Source of the DNA: Nitrospinaceae bacterium | Lineage (GTDB): Bacteria; Nitrospinota; Nitrospinia; Nitrospinales; Nitrospinaceae | Direction: 5' to 3' | NCBI GenBank assembly: GCA_965223665.1 | Contig: OZ245011.1 | Coordinates: forward strand, 2,336,001-2,400,000 | DNA: 64,000 bases | In this document: positions 1 to 10,450 of the stretch, in pieces | Layout of the letters: every line of letters starts with the position of its first letter | Position numbering within the stretch: position 1 is the stretch's first letter | Notes under the pieces: model-generated | Told to the model about the DNA's origin: nothing | Databases searched by the model: none | Seen by the model: only the letters and a program-made list of their open reading frames with translations | Translations under genes and position numbers: made by a program

Positions 1-2
1 CA

Positions 3-185
3 AAATTGATTTCGATTATTGCTTTAATTGCAATATTTGGTTGTGCCACCTCTCCCAACGGTGGAGGTTCAACCTCTCCCTCCAGCGGAAACTCTTCAAC
101 TGCACAAAGCAGCAGTTCCGCAAAAAAGATGTTAACTGAAGATGATTACAAGCGAATAGGGATCAAGGAAACTGCAGGTAAGTAA
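3..185 (+). CDS. Small lipoprotein, 5'-truncated by the window edge
   Basis: Frame +3 reads KLISIIALIAIFGC-ATSPNGGGSTSPSSGNSSTAQSSSS...KETAGK*: hydrophobic signal, lipobox-like IFGC and a Ser/Gly linker. Not in the ORF track. Confidence 0.7.
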   Translation, partial: KLISIIALIAIFGCATSPNGGGSTSPSSGNSSTAQSSSSAKKMLTEDDYKRIGIKETAGK

Positions 186-203
186 AAATCGTTTAAATGG
201 TTA

Positions 204-241
204 AAAGGCATCAGAAAGTATTAATACTTTTTGATGCCTTT
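204..241. terminator. Bidirectional intrinsic terminator
   Basis: Near-perfect inverted repeat AAAGGCATCAGAAAGTATT / AATACTTTTTGATGCCTTT between convergent genes. Confidence 0.75.
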
Positions 242-936
242 CATTTTTTTGAACCTAAAATTTGGGTCAATTGATTTAAATTGGGCAAAACGACATCCGC
301 CATAGAAAAGTCGATCGACTCATTAAGGGGATTTTGAATTATGATGCATGGCATATTGGCTTGATGAGCTGCATTTAAGCCTTTTAACGCATCCTCCACT
401 ACAACACATCTTCTTGGATCCAAACCAAGTTCTTTAGCCGCTTCAAGGAAAATATCCGGAAAAGGTTTTTCTCGTCGTGTTTTGGGACTTTTTCCTAAAA
501 TTGTTTGCACTAAATTCTCAGCATTGGAGTGACGAAGAATTGCACGAATATCATGCTCCCATGAACCGGAAGCAATAGCGACTTTATATTCTTTACACAA
601 TAGGTCTAAGAAATCTCGAGCATCGGGAAATAACGAAATTTCACCACTTTCACAATACCGGGAATATGCTTCAAATTTTTCTTGCCTCATCACCTGGGGA
701 GTCACATTGAGCTTTAAATTATGACGTTCAATTTCACCCTGTATTCCAGTTCCCTTAGAAGTAAATTCCACCCAATATTCCTCCGGGTTCAAGGAATGTC
801 CATATCGTTCGAATACTTGGTTATAAGCTTTATAATGAAATGGTTCAGAGTCGGCGATCAACCCATCAAAATCTAGAATAAATCCATCACATTTTGATAA
901 AATAGATTGGAGTTTTTCAGAAGTTTCGGAATTCAT
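241..936 (-). CDS. HAD-superfamily phosphatase (beta-PGM/CbbY-like)
   Basis: DFDGLIAD motif I, KPFPDIF and VVEDA motifs. Confidence 0.9.
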   Translation of the reverse strand: MNSETSEKLQSILSKCDGFILDFDGLIADSEPFHYKAYNQVFERYGHSLNPEEYWVEFTSKGTGIQGEIERHNLKLNVTPQVMRQEKFEAYSRYCESGEISLFPDARDFLDLLCKEYKVAIASGSWEHDIRAILRHSNAENLVQTILGKSPKTRREKPFPDIFLEAAKELGLDPRRCVVVEDALKGLNAAHQANMPCIIIQNPLNESIDFSMADVVLPNLNQLTQILGSKK

Positions 937-970
937 TGGCAGTGAAATTCAAAAAACAAGTTTTAGGGGA

Positions 971-1636
971 TTAATTATATACCGATTGGAAAATGCGACT
1001 CCATCGAACTCCAGAGTCTTCACTATCCCATGAAAAATAAATCCACTTTGCTTTACCTCTAATCTTATTGACATCAAGATACCCCCAAAAACGGCTGTCA
1101 TGGCTGTTTTCTCGATTATCTCCCATAACAAATACATATCCTTCAGGAACTCGAACAGGACCAAAATCGTCACGCTTCTCAATTCGCTCAATACTGGGCG
1201 GCTGAGTATGATGGGTATAAGCTTCCTGAATCGGTTTATCATTTATATAAACCTTTTGGTGTCGAATTTCTAATTTATCCCCAGGGAGTCCAATCACGCG
1301 TTTAATAAAATCTCGTGATTCATCCTCCGGGTATTTAAAAACTACTATGTCTTCTCTTTCAGGTGTCGTTTGAAAAAAAATGATGTCAGGAAAAATTTGC
1401 CAACCAAAGAAAATTATTTCATTGGGAACGTGTAGGCCATAGGCCATTTTATTGACCAAAAGGTGATCCCCAATTAACAAAGTCTCTTCCATAGAGCCTG
1501 AAGGTATTTTATAGGCTTGAATAAAAATTGATCTGATAAAAAGGGCCAGGAGAAACGCAATAAGAATTGCTTCTACCCATTCGCGAACCGTAGATTTTTT
1601 GGGTTTATTATGAATTTGAGAATTTTTATTTAACAT
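971..1636 (-). CDS. lepB: Signal peptidase I
   Basis: [10 protein letters not shown] (catalytic Ser), FIKRVIG (Lys), [15 protein letters not shown]; directly downstream of lepA. Confidence 0.97.
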   Translation of the reverse strand: MLNKNSQIHNKPKKSTVREWVEAILIAFLLALFIRSIFIQAYKIPSGSMEETLLIGDHLLVNKMAYGLHVPNEIIFFGWQIFPDIIFFQTTPEREDIVVFKYPEDESRDFIKRVIGLPGDKLEIRHQKVYINDKPIQEAYTHHTQPPSIERIEKRDDFGPVRVPEGYVFVMGDNRENSHDSRFWGYLDVNKIRGKAKWIYFSWDSEDSGVRWSRIFQSVYN

Positions 1637-3428
1637 CAGTTCTTAGTACCGCGAGGAAGGCTTCTTGGGGAATTTCTACTCTTCCAATTTGCTTCATACG
1701 CTTTTTACCCGCTTTTTGTTTTTCCAACAGTTTTCTCTTTCGAGTAATATCTCCCCCATAACATTTAGCTAAAACATTTTTTCGAAGAGCTTTTACAGAT
1801 TCGCGGGCAACAACTTTACCACCAACAGAGGCTTGAATAGCAACCTCAAACATCTGTCGAGGAATTTGCTCCTTTAATTTTTTAACTAATTCCCGACCCC
1901 GGTAAAAAGCTTTATCCTTATGCACTATTGTTGAAAGTGCATCAACCACTTCACCGTTAAATAGGATATCTAACTTTACCAGATTTGAAGCTCGAAAATC
2001 TATAAATTCGTAATCAAAAGAAGCATAACCCCTGGTAGAGGATTTCAATTGGTCGTAAAAATCTAAAACAATTTCACTAAACGGCAAATCATATTGCAAC
2101 AAAACTGTTTTTGGAGTCAAATACTCCATTTTTTTTTGAATTCCCCTTCGTTCCCTTGTCAGGGACATAATAGTCCCAATATATTCCTCCGGAACAATTA
2201 TGGTTCCACAAACATAAGGTTCTTCCACCTTATCCGCTCTGGTTTGAGTTACCAGTTTTGAGGGATTGTCAATCAATTCCACTTCACCTTTTTCCGATAC
2301 CAATTTAAAAATTACCGTTGGTGCCGTTGTTAAGAGATCTACACCATATTCTCTCTCTAAACGCTCTCTTACAATTTCCATATGCAACAAACCCAAAAAT
2401 CCACATCTAAAACCAAAACCTAAAGCAGCGGAGGTTTCCGGTTCATAGGTAAAGGAAGAATCATTCAGGGTCAACTTCTTTAAAGCATCCCTTAAAGGTT
2501 CATATTGATCTCCAACAATGGGATAAAGACCACTAAACACCATAGGTTTTACATCTTTATACCCTGGTAAAGGTTCCAAACAAGGGTCTTTTCCATTAGT
2601 AATGGTGTCCCCTATCTTGGTTTGATCCAGTTGCTTGATTCCAGCAATCACATAACCTACCTCACCTGCTTGCAATTTATTGATGGATTTTGGGGCAGGT
2701 GTGAATGTTCCAATTTCTTCCACCTCAAACCGTTTATTAGTTGCCATCATTAAAATTTCCATTCCCTTTTCGATAGTTCCTTCCATAACCCGGATCAGAA
2801 CAATGACACCTTTATAAGGATCATACCAGGCATCAAACAAAAGAGCTTTTAAAGGGGCTTCAAAATTTCCCTTTGGTGGTGGAATCAAAGAAATTACGGA
2901 CTCTAAAATTTCTTCCATCCCCATACCTTCCTTCGCACTTGCGAGAACTGCATCACTGGAGTCAATTTGAAGAATATCTTCCAGTTGCTCTTTCACGTTA
3001 TCTGGGTCTGCACTTGGTAAATCAATTTTGTTGATCACTGGAATAATTGCTAAATCATGTTGCATTGCCAGGTTTACATTTGCAATGGTCTGAGCTTGAA
3101 TACCCTGGGAAGCATCTACAACCAACAAGACTCCCTCGCATGCTGCAAGACTCCTGGAGACCTCATAGGAAAAGTCCACATGGCCGGGAGTGTCAATCAT
3201 GTTTAATGCGTATTGTTCTCCGTTTTTAGATTTATATTGAAGTCTAACGGTTTGAGCTTTGATAGTAATGCCCCGTTCCCTTTCTAAATCCATGGTATCC
3301 AGAACCTGGTCCTTCATCTCCCGTTTTTGAAGTGCCCCAGTCTTTAAAATCAATTTATCGGCCAAGGTAGATTTACCATGGTCAATATGGGCAATAATTG
3401 AAAAGTTTCTTAATTTAATTTTCGACAT
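1626..3428 (-). CDS. lepA: Elongation factor 4
   Basis: [27 protein letters not shown]-terminal [18 protein letters not shown]. Confidence 0.99.
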   Translation of the reverse strand: MSKIKLRNFSIIAHIDHGKSTLADKLILKTGALQKREMKDQVLDTMDLERERGITIKAQTVRLQYKSKNGEQYALNMIDTPGHVDFSYEVSRSLAACEGVLLVVDASQGIQAQTIANVNLAMQHDLAIIPVINKIDLPSADPDNVKEQLEDILQIDSSDAVLASAKEGMGMEEILESVISLIPPPKGNFEAPLKALLFDAWYDPYKGVIVLIRVMEGTIEKGMEILMMATNKRFEVEEIGTFTPAPKSINKLQAGEVGYVIAGIKQLDQTKIGDTITNGKDPCLEPLPGYKDVKPMVFSGLYPIVGDQYEPLRDALKKLTLNDSSFTYEPETSAALGFGFRCGFLGLLHMEIVRERLEREYGVDLLTTAPTVIFKLVSEKGEVELIDNPSKLVTQTRADKVEEPYVCGTIIVPEEYIGTIMSLTRERRGIQKKMEYLTPKTVLLQYDLPFSEIVLDFYDQLKSSTRGYASFDYEFIDFRASNLVKLDILFNGEVVDALSTIVHKDKAFYRGRELVKKLKEQIPRQMFEVAIQASVGGKVVARESVKALRKNVLAKCYGGDITRKRKLLEKQKAGKKRMKQIGRVEIPQEAFLAVLRTDVK

Positions 3429-3519
3429 AACAAGTACTATTTAAATACAACTGAAGAAAAGGATTTGAGGGCTAGATCAAACCACTTAACTTAACAGAAG
3501 ATTAAAAAATTAATTCGAT

Positions 3520-4587
3520 TTAACTGGCAATTTCTGTTTTGATCTCTGACAAAGAAGCTGTTGGGGATGTATTTGCCGGGGAGGGTTCTCGTGGCATCTT
3601 TCGGAGTCCGCCTTCTGGCAGAGGGAACCGTTCATTTAACCGAGCTAAATATTCTTTCCAATTCTTAAACTGAACCTTTATAGCTTCAAAATCCTTAACA
3701 TTATCAATATCCATAGCCGCCCCAGGAAAAGGAACCTCTAGGCCGGTAAATCGGGTATTCATAATACTGGAAATACAAGTTTCCAACTCTTTTTTGGGAA
3801 CCAAAGCCCTTACCCAATTATTCAAAAATTCCAACTTTAACCTGGACAGTATCAATCCCAGCATGAGACCAATATAATATCGATAGCGTACTATTTTATC
3901 TTTTCCAATTAACTCAATTCCAAATAACACAACGTTTTTTAAATTTCTAAGATAACGGAATTGGTACATTTGTTGAATGTAATGACGATTCCGAATTTTT
4001 ACAGGTCTTACTAAATGAAGATTATTGATTCGACAATTTTTTTCTTTTAAGTGTAAATAAGCCATTTTTATCCCCGGAATTCCTTTTTGGGGGTAGAAGG
4101 GCCGTAAGGCATCCTCCGGAGTCAATCCCAAAACATAATCATATTTCTTCATATTTGCATGATTTATAAAATAATCAATTTCATGGGATGTAATTAATGG
4201 GGAATCACAAGGAACGACCAGAACCACTTTATCTTTATGTATTGAATTTTCCAAACTTTTATCATCCACTAGCTTTCCCAAAGTCTGTTTAAAGGTAAAC
4301 CATACGTTTTCAAACAAATTTTTCTTCTGTTCGCATACAAATATTTTCTTTGGATATTCCAGGTTAATCGCATCTTCTCTAAAATTTTGAAGAATGGATT
4401 CTCTTGGACCTACCACATAAATGTTGTTTACGAATTTCGCTCCTTGCAAACTCTCAAGCACATGGGTAATTACACACTTTCCTTCCAAACGGAGGAAAGC
4501 CTTGTGTTGGTCATAAACCTGGTAACTATTTTTACCTTCACCGGCTACTAATATGACATCGTATTTTTTTTCAGGTGTTGCAAACAT
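3520..4587 (-). CDS. MobA-like NTP-transferase domain protein
   Basis: N-terminal ILVAGEG...KAFL, PCDSP and C-terminal MDIDN, typical of GT-A/NTP_transf_3. Confidence 0.65.
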   Translation of the reverse strand: MFATPEKKYDVILVAGEGKNSYQVYDQHKAFLRLEGKCVITHVLESLQGAKFVNNIYVVGPRESILQNFREDAINLEYPKKIFVCEQKKNLFENVWFTFKQTLGKLVDDKSLENSIHKDKVVLVVPCDSPLITSHEIDYFINHANMKKYDYVLGLTPEDALRPFYPQKGIPGIKMAYLHLKEKNCRINNLHLVRPVKIRNRHYIQQMYQFRYLRNLKNVVLFGIELIGKDKIVRYRYYIGLMLGLILSRLKLEFLNNWVRALVPKKELETCISSIMNTRFTGLEVPFPGAAMDIDNVKDFEAIKVQFKNWKEYLARLNERFPLPEGGLRKMPREPSPANTSPTASLSEIKTEIAS

Positions 4588-4779
4588 ATCCGTTACAAAA
4601 AATTGTTTTCCATATTATTATATATACTAATTGGATTAATAAGCAAAAGAAGGTTTTTGCAGAAAACGCCCTATTTTAATAAGAAATGAAATCGATTACC
4701 ACTCGCTTTCTTAAAATTTTAATGCTAAATTTTAAAATCATCCTCATAATAACAATTAAATCAACAATTATTAGCAATA

Positions 4780-5895
4780 ATGGCTTCAAATAATCAGTTA
4801 AAATCTACTCCCCTTTTAGAAGTTCATAAAAAGTTAAATGCCAAGCTGGTTCCTTTTGCAGGATGGGAAATGCCAATCCAATATGAAGGAGTTAAGGCGG
4901 AGCATTTAGCAGTCCGGAATGGTGTGGGTATTTTTGATGTCAGCCATATGGGAGAAATTGATATCAAAGGACCAGATGCTCAAAAGTTTATTCAATACCT
5001 TATAACTAATGATATTGAAAAATTGATAGATGGTGGAATTCTTTATACTTTAATGTGTTATGAAAGTGGTGGGGTTGTGGACGATCTTTTAGTTCATAGA
5101 TATTCGCAAAATCATTACTTTTTATGTGTTAATGCGGCAAATACAGATAAGGATTTTGATTGGATCCAAAAAAATTCACAAAATTTTGATGTCCAAATTG
5201 AAAATATCAGTCCCGATATTGTTCAATTAGCAATTCAGGGTGCACCTGCGGAGAATCTATTGCAAAAACTTAGTGATATTCCTTTGAACAAAATCCATTA
5301 CTATAATTTTAATCAGGGAAAAATTTGTGGTGTGAATTGTCTATTTGCCCGAACCGGATATACAGGCGAAGATGGATTTGAGATATACTTTGAAGCAGGT
5401 CAAGGAATAAATATTTTCGAAAAAATTATGGAAGAAGGTAAAGCATTTAATTTAAAACCGATTGGGCTTGGAGCACGGGATACCTTAAGATTGGAAATGG
5501 GCTATGCTCTTTATGGCAATGAAATCAATTCAGAGTCCAATCCTTTAGAGGCTCGTTTAGGTTGGGTCATAAAATTAAATAAACCTGATGATTTTATTGG
5601 CAAGGAATCTTTAAAGCAAAAAAAGGCTGCAGGGACTAAAAAAAGACTGACTGCAATTCGACTTTTAGAAAGAGGGGTACCACGTTCTCATTATCCTATT
5701 GTATCCGATGGAAAGGTGGTTGGCGAAATTACCAGCGGAACTTATTCTCCTTGTTTGGATTATGGAGTGGCTATAGGTTATGTACCGGTTGAACACTCAA
5801 AGAAAGGAACTCCACTTCAAATAAGAATTCGAAACCAAGACGTTTCCGCAGAAGTGGCGGAACTTCCATTTGTGCCCAGTCAGGTAAAAAATTAA
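4780..5895 (+). CDS. gcvT: Glycine cleavage system aminomethyltransferase T
   Basis: [40 protein letters not shown]. Confidence 0.98.
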   Translation: MASNNQLKSTPLLEVHKKLNAKLVPFAGWEMPIQYEGVKAEHLAVRNGVGIFDVSHMGEIDIKGPDAQKFIQYLITNDIEKLIDGGILYTLMCYESGGVVDDLLVHRYSQNHYFLCVNAANTDKDFDWIQKNSQNFDVQIENISPDIVQLAIQGAPAENLLQKLSDIPLNKIHYYNFNQGKICGVNCLFARTGYTGEDGFEIYFEAGQGINIFEKIMEEGKAFNLKPIGLGARDTLRLEMGYALYGNEINSESNPLEARLGWVIKLNKPDDFIGKESLKQKKAAGTKKRLTAIRLLERGVPRSHYPIVSDGKVVGEITSGTYSPCLDYGVAIGYVPVEHSKKGTPLQIRIRNQDVSAEVAELPFVPSQVKN

Positions 5896-5992
5896 ACTCA
5901 ATCAGAATATTTCGAAAAATATACTTTACATCAATATTAATTTGTTTCTAATGGGTTTGCTGAGAAACATTTCATTAGATTAAAGGAGGTCA

Positions 5993-6382
5993 ATGATGGA
6001 GATCCCTAAAGATCTTCGATATACCCGGGAACATGAATGGATTCGTATTGAGGGCAACAAAGGGAAAATAGGAATTACTTCATTTGCCCAAGAACAGTTA
6101 GGCGATGTTGTATTTGTCGAACTTCCTAAAGAAGGCGCAGAATTAGCTCAGGAAAAAGAATTCGGTGTTATTGAATCAGTAAAAACCGTTTCTGATTTAT
6201 TTTCTCCTTGTAATGGAAAAGTCGTTGCAACAAATAAAGAACTAGAAACCAAACCCGAGCTTGTAAATCAAGATCCTTACGGAGAGGGATGGATCATCGA
6301 AGTAGAAATTCCGGATGCAAGTTCATTAGATCACCTTCTTTCTGCTGAAGATTATGAATCCTTTCTTAAAGATCAATCTTAA
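5993..6382 (+). CDS. gcvH: Glycine cleavage system H protein
   Basis: YTREHEW, ESVKTVSD (lipoyl Lys), NQDPYGEGW; AAGGAGG RBS. Confidence 0.98.
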   Translation: MMEIPKDLRYTREHEWIRIEGNKGKIGITSFAQEQLGDVVFVELPKEGAELAQEKEFGVIESVKTVSDLFSPCNGKVVATNKELETKPELVNQDPYGEGWIIEVEIPDASSLDHLLSAEDYESFLKDQS

Positions 6383-6396
6383 ATAAAGGTTATTTC

Positions 6397-7746
6397 ATGC
6401 GTTACATCCCACACACAGAATCTGATATTCAGGAAATGCTTTCCTCTATCGGCATTGAAAAAGTAGAAGAACTTTTTCAGAGTATTCCAAAGTCTCTTAG
6501 GCTGGAACGACCTTTAAACCTTCCGTCCGCATTACCAGAGGCAAATTTAGTACAAACTCTAAAACGGATGGAGAACCGCAACCTAAATACTGAGGATTAT
6601 TCTATTTTACTTGGTGCGGGCGCTTATCGACATTTTACTCCTTCTATTGTTAATCATTTAATTTTAAGGGGAGAATTCTCAACCTGCTACACGCCCTACC
6701 AACCCGAAGTCAGCCAGGGAACGCTACAAGCTATATTTGAATTCCAGAGTTTAGTAAGCATGCTGATGGGAATGGATATCGCCAATGCTTCTTTGTACGA
6801 TGGTTCCACCGCCCTGGCAGAAGCCATTTTGATGGCAGAAAGAGTAACAGGAGGAGACCATTATCTAATTGCAAACTCAGTCCACCCGGAATACCGTGAA
6901 GTAGTAAAAACTTACACTCGTGGAACTGCTATACAATCTAAAGAAATTTCCTTTGGAGAAAATGGACAAACTGACCTAAATTCAATAAAAGATCAAATCA
7001 CCGACCAAACTATGGCTGTAGTACTCCAAAGCCCAAATTTTTTTGGAGTTATTGAAGAATATCAGGAGTTGGGAGAATTTTTAAAAAATACCAAGACTCT
7101 TTTAATTGTAGTAGTCACAGAGACAACTTCCCTGGGAATATTAAAACCGCCAGGTGAACGAGGGGCGGATATCGCTGTTGGTGAAGGTCAGGCACTGGGG
7201 TTACCTGTCTCTTATGGAGGGCCCTATGTTGGTCTATTTGCGTGCCGCGAAAAATTTTTTCGCCAAGTCCCAGGTCGAATCGTGGGACAAACCCTTGATC
7301 GAAATGGCAAACGTGCTTATGCTTTAACCCTGGCGACAAGAGAACAGCACATTCGTCGAGAAAAAGCGACGTCGAATATATGTACTAATCAGGGTTTATG
7401 TGCTTTAGCGGTTACAATTTATTTGACTCTAATGGGAAAACAGGGGATGAGAGAATTAGCTATTCAAAATTTAAAACATGCGGATTATCTAAAAAATCGT
7501 TTGGCTAAAATTCCTCAATTCAAAATTAAATTCTCAGGAGATACCTATAATGAATTTGTATTAGAATGTCCGGTTTCTGCAAAGCAGGTTCAGGACCAAC
7601 TGTTGCAGGAAAAAATTGTAGCAGGTTTGCCGTTAGGAGATTTTTATCCAAACCTAGAAAACTGTTTACTGGTTTGTGCCACAGAACTCACGTCTCAAGA
7701 TGAGATGGATCGTTTTTTGGATCGATTGGCGGCGCATGACTTTTAA
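6397..7746 (+). CDS. gcvPA: Glycine dehydrogenase (decarboxylating) subunit 1
   Basis: MRYIPHT, YTPYQPEVSQGTLQ, REQHIRREKATSNICTNQ; 449 aa matches the split P-protein alpha subunit. Confidence 0.97.
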   Translation: MRYIPHTESDIQEMLSSIGIEKVEELFQSIPKSLRLERPLNLPSALPEANLVQTLKRMENRNLNTEDYSILLGAGAYRHFTPSIVNHLILRGEFSTCYTPYQPEVSQGTLQAIFEFQSLVSMLMGMDIANASLYDGSTALAEAILMAERVTGGDHYLIANSVHPEYREVVKTYTRGTAIQSKEISFGENGQTDLNSIKDQITDQTMAVVLQSPNFFGVIEEYQELGEFLKNTKTLLIVVVTETTSLGILKPPGERGADIAVGEGQALGLPVSYGGPYVGLFACREKFFRQVPGRIVGQTLDRNGKRAYALTLATREQHIRREKATSNICTNQGLCALAVTIYLTLMGKQGMRELAIQNLKHADYLKNRLAKIPQFKIKFSGDTYNEFVLECPVSAKQVQDQLLQEKIVAGLPLGDFYPNLENCLLVCATELTSQDEMDRFLDRLAAHDF

Positions 7747-10255
7747 ACAAACCTTCTTCTACCTCCGAATAATATTTTAAATCTTTTTTTACTTGTCTAA
7801 ACCGCATCCATAAATATGAAAATACAATTACACCTATAAAAAGAAGAGCTGTTAAATTAAAAACAATATCGATGTATAACGTTTCAGGTTCATTAAATAA
7901 ATTCTGAAGATAATTTACGACACTTTCTAGCCCAGGGGCCTTAAAATGCAATAAAAGCCCCAACAAAACAGGCAACGAGGCCAAAAATACCACTGGCAAA
8001 TCAACATCTTTAAACGATTCCTTAAGAATCGGTTCTTCTTCCTTAATTTCTTTTGTTTTAAAATCCAACAAAACTCCATAGAAAAAAATAATAAATAAAG
8101 GAACAATTAAAATGACAATCGTTTTAAGCCACTCCATATGAACTTCTACATGAAAAAGCAACGAAAACGAAATTCCTGAAAACAAGATCAAAAGAATGGG
8201 TACGGTAGCCAATATTCTTTTAAATTTAGTGCCCTCCATTTTTCTCACTTCATAAGGTTTCGGATCTCTTCCTAATCTTTCACGAATCTCTCCCCAATAG
8301 CTTTCCGCCTTAAGCCTTAATGTCTGCCGCCACCAAACCAGAAGATCAATTAATTTCCTTCCAACCCAACAGGTCCCAACAAAAATAACAGTTGCTAAAA
8401 CCGCACTGTGCTTGCTATCCGCATAAATGGCCCATGTAAAAGTAAAAAAATCAGCTAACAAAATAATGCAGGGAATCATCCAATAATTAATTTTTATAAC
8501 TTTCCTGTAAACATCGTTGGAAAACCATTTTGGAGGATTGGGTTGTGCTGTTTTATGGTTATCAACCGCGTAATGGATGATCCTTTTAAATAACTTGAGA
8601 TCATTCCAATATTTCATGTGGGCGGCCCCTGGCGCGGGGTATCGGTTAAAGACAATATCTTCCATAGGCTGAAAAAGGTTTTTAAAAGCGGGTGTCCCTC
8701 GTGCCACCTCTAATTGATGGCCCACTGGATCTTGCTCGTCGCAATAATTATATTGACGAATTTTTCTAGGATTCTCTATTCTTTGATTATTCTTCCCTTT
8801 AAGAAATCTCCTTCCAACGGAGTTATCTTGCAGATATTTATAGTTAAGCCACCACATCACTAAAAATTTATCGATTGGAGAACCCAACGTTACAAAAGAA
8901 TCTACTCGATTGATCCAATCCGTGTCTAAATATCCTAAATCCTTTTTAATATTCTTCCAGCGAATCCTTTCATCTTCAGATAGCTTATTGGAATTATTTT
9001 TCCTCTTTAACTCAAAATAGTTTTGAATTTCCTCTGGATCTTCATCAATGTATCCAGGGAATGGAATATTAGAAGTAGAGGTATCGTTAAAACTTTGTGC
9101 TCTTAAGATAGGATCAACTGTGGCATACATCAAAGCATCTAAACTCATTACAGTACCTAAACTGTGGGCTATAATTGTATATTTAGGACAAGATTTTTGA
9201 TCCTCTGGAAGACCTCTTTCTAATTTTTCATGTGTCTGTTCTATGAGAGCCATTAAACGGTGAAAACGACGTGCAGCTTTGCCGCGAATTCTAGGAAACT
9301 CCCCATAGAGTTGCACATCTCCTAGAAATTGATTGAATACCATTTCCTCTATTTTTTTTATGCGAAAAGACATAACCTTCCGCAAAAAAATTAAGGTGTT
9401 TGCCAGGTTTTCCAATGTTTTTAATACCCAAAAGGGAACCGGGACCAAATTAGACAAGGGGTAAGCAAAGTTAATTTCTAACGAAATATCTGCGAATAAT
9501 TTAATTAGCCGAGAAAAAACATCAACCGTATTTTTATCTGAAGGATTTGCTGCAGATAGATCACTTGAAATACTTTTTAGTTCTAAAATCCAATCATCAA
9601 TGTTTAAATTAGGCTTTTCATTTTTAAAGTTAATAATAAAATATTTTAGTCGGTTCGAAATATTTAAGGCAGATGCGATTTCTTCTTTAGTAAATTGTTC
9701 ATTGTTGGCTATTCGTTTTTTCCATTTAAGTACATTTTTTCTCCAATTAATAAAAAACGATTTTCTTTGAATTCGGCCTAATAAACCGTTAGCCCATATT
9801 TCAACTGGTTGGCCCACAGATATCCAATTCCCCTTTAAGATATCTGCCCAGCACATATCTACAAATCTTAAGTTCTCTCCATTTTTTGATGCATCTCCCA
9901 AAAAAGGCTGTGATTTAATATGGTCTAAAGGATCCCCTTCAACAGATTTTTGAGGAATACCTTCAAATTCCATCCAGGGTGTAAACATGTTTCTTTTGGG
10001 GGGAATACGACAAACAAAGTTAGCCTCATCGGTGCCTGTTTGACCCGTCGCACGGCCGAGGGTAAGTATTTCGCTAAGGTCTTTGGGATTAAGGTCTCTC
10101 CGGGCTTCAGCAAAACGGTTGACCACACTGAGGACAGTCTCGTTTTTTCTTTGGTCCCCTATTCCGTGCACAACAACAATGTAATGAGTGTACTTTTGAG
10201 TAGTGGGATCCTCATCTTGGATTCCCTTTATTTCCTTATTCATTTTCTCATCCAT
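7688..10255 (-). CDS. Alpha/beta-hydrolase-fold protein with C-terminal transmembrane helices
   Basis: VVVHGIG, IIAHSLGT nucleophile elbow, FVTLGSP, DPVG and H..YW motifs; about 6 hydrophobic segments at the C-terminus. Confidence 0.7.
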   Translation of the reverse strand: MDEKMNKEIKGIQDEDPTTQKYTHYIVVVHGIGDQRKNETVLSVVNRFAEARRDLNPKDLSEILTLGRATGQTGTDEANFVCRIPPKRNMFTPWMEFEGIPQKSVEGDPLDHIKSQPFLGDASKNGENLRFVDMCWADILKGNWISVGQPVEIWANGLLGRIQRKSFFINWRKNVLKWKKRIANNEQFTKEEIASALNISNRLKYFIINFKNEKPNLNIDDWILELKSISSDLSAANPSDKNTVDVFSRLIKLFADISLEINFAYPLSNLVPVPFWVLKTLENLANTLIFLRKVMSFRIKKIEEMVFNQFLGDVQLYGEFPRIRGKAARRFHRLMALIEQTHEKLERGLPEDQKSCPKYTIIAHSLGTVMSLDALMYATVDPILRAQSFNDTSTSNIPFPGYIDEDPEEIQNYFELKRKNNSNKLSEDERIRWKNIKKDLGYLDTDWINRVDSFVTLGSPIDKFLVMWWLNYKYLQDNSVGRRFLKGKNNQRIENPRKIRQYNYCDEQDPVGHQLEVARGTPAFKNLFQPMEDIVFNRYPAPGAAHMKYWNDLKLFKRIIHYAVDNHKTAQPNPPKWFSNDVYRKVIKINYWMIPCIILLADFFTFTWAIYADSKHSAVLATVIFVGTCWVGRKLIDLLVWWRQTLRLKAESYWGEIRERLGRDPKPYEVRKMEGTKFKRILATVPILLILFSGISFSLLFHVEVHMEWLKTIVILIVPLFIIFFYGVLLDFKTKEIKEEEPILKESFKDVDLPVVFLASLPVLLGLLLHFKAPGLESVVNYLQNLFNEPETLYIDIVFNLTALLFIGVIVFSYLWMRFRQVKKDLKYYSEVEEGLFKSHAPPIDPKNDPSHLET

Positions 10256-10450
10256 TTTGTTACCGCCCCTCTATTTTGAGAAAACCCCCTTAAAGTCATT
10301 TTTACAATTTTGACTTTAGTAATTCTCCCCACAACATCATTCAAATTAAAGGTGTATTGAAAATATTGGAAAAGCTATACGAATTGTATTCGTAATTAAA
10401 ATAAAATCAAAAGAATTTTGAAGGGGATTGGTTTGATCAGAAATTATTTT

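Noticed and set aside
4588-4779. Glycine riboswitch upstream of gcvT
   Set aside because: The intergenic region is very AT-rich, with no GGAGA/CCGAAG/CTCTCAGG elements.
9518-9530. Other short spacer matches (8-11 nt near 9520, 1381 and 11650)
   Set aside because: The lengths are expected by chance, and none combines an AWG PAM with a match from spacer position 1.
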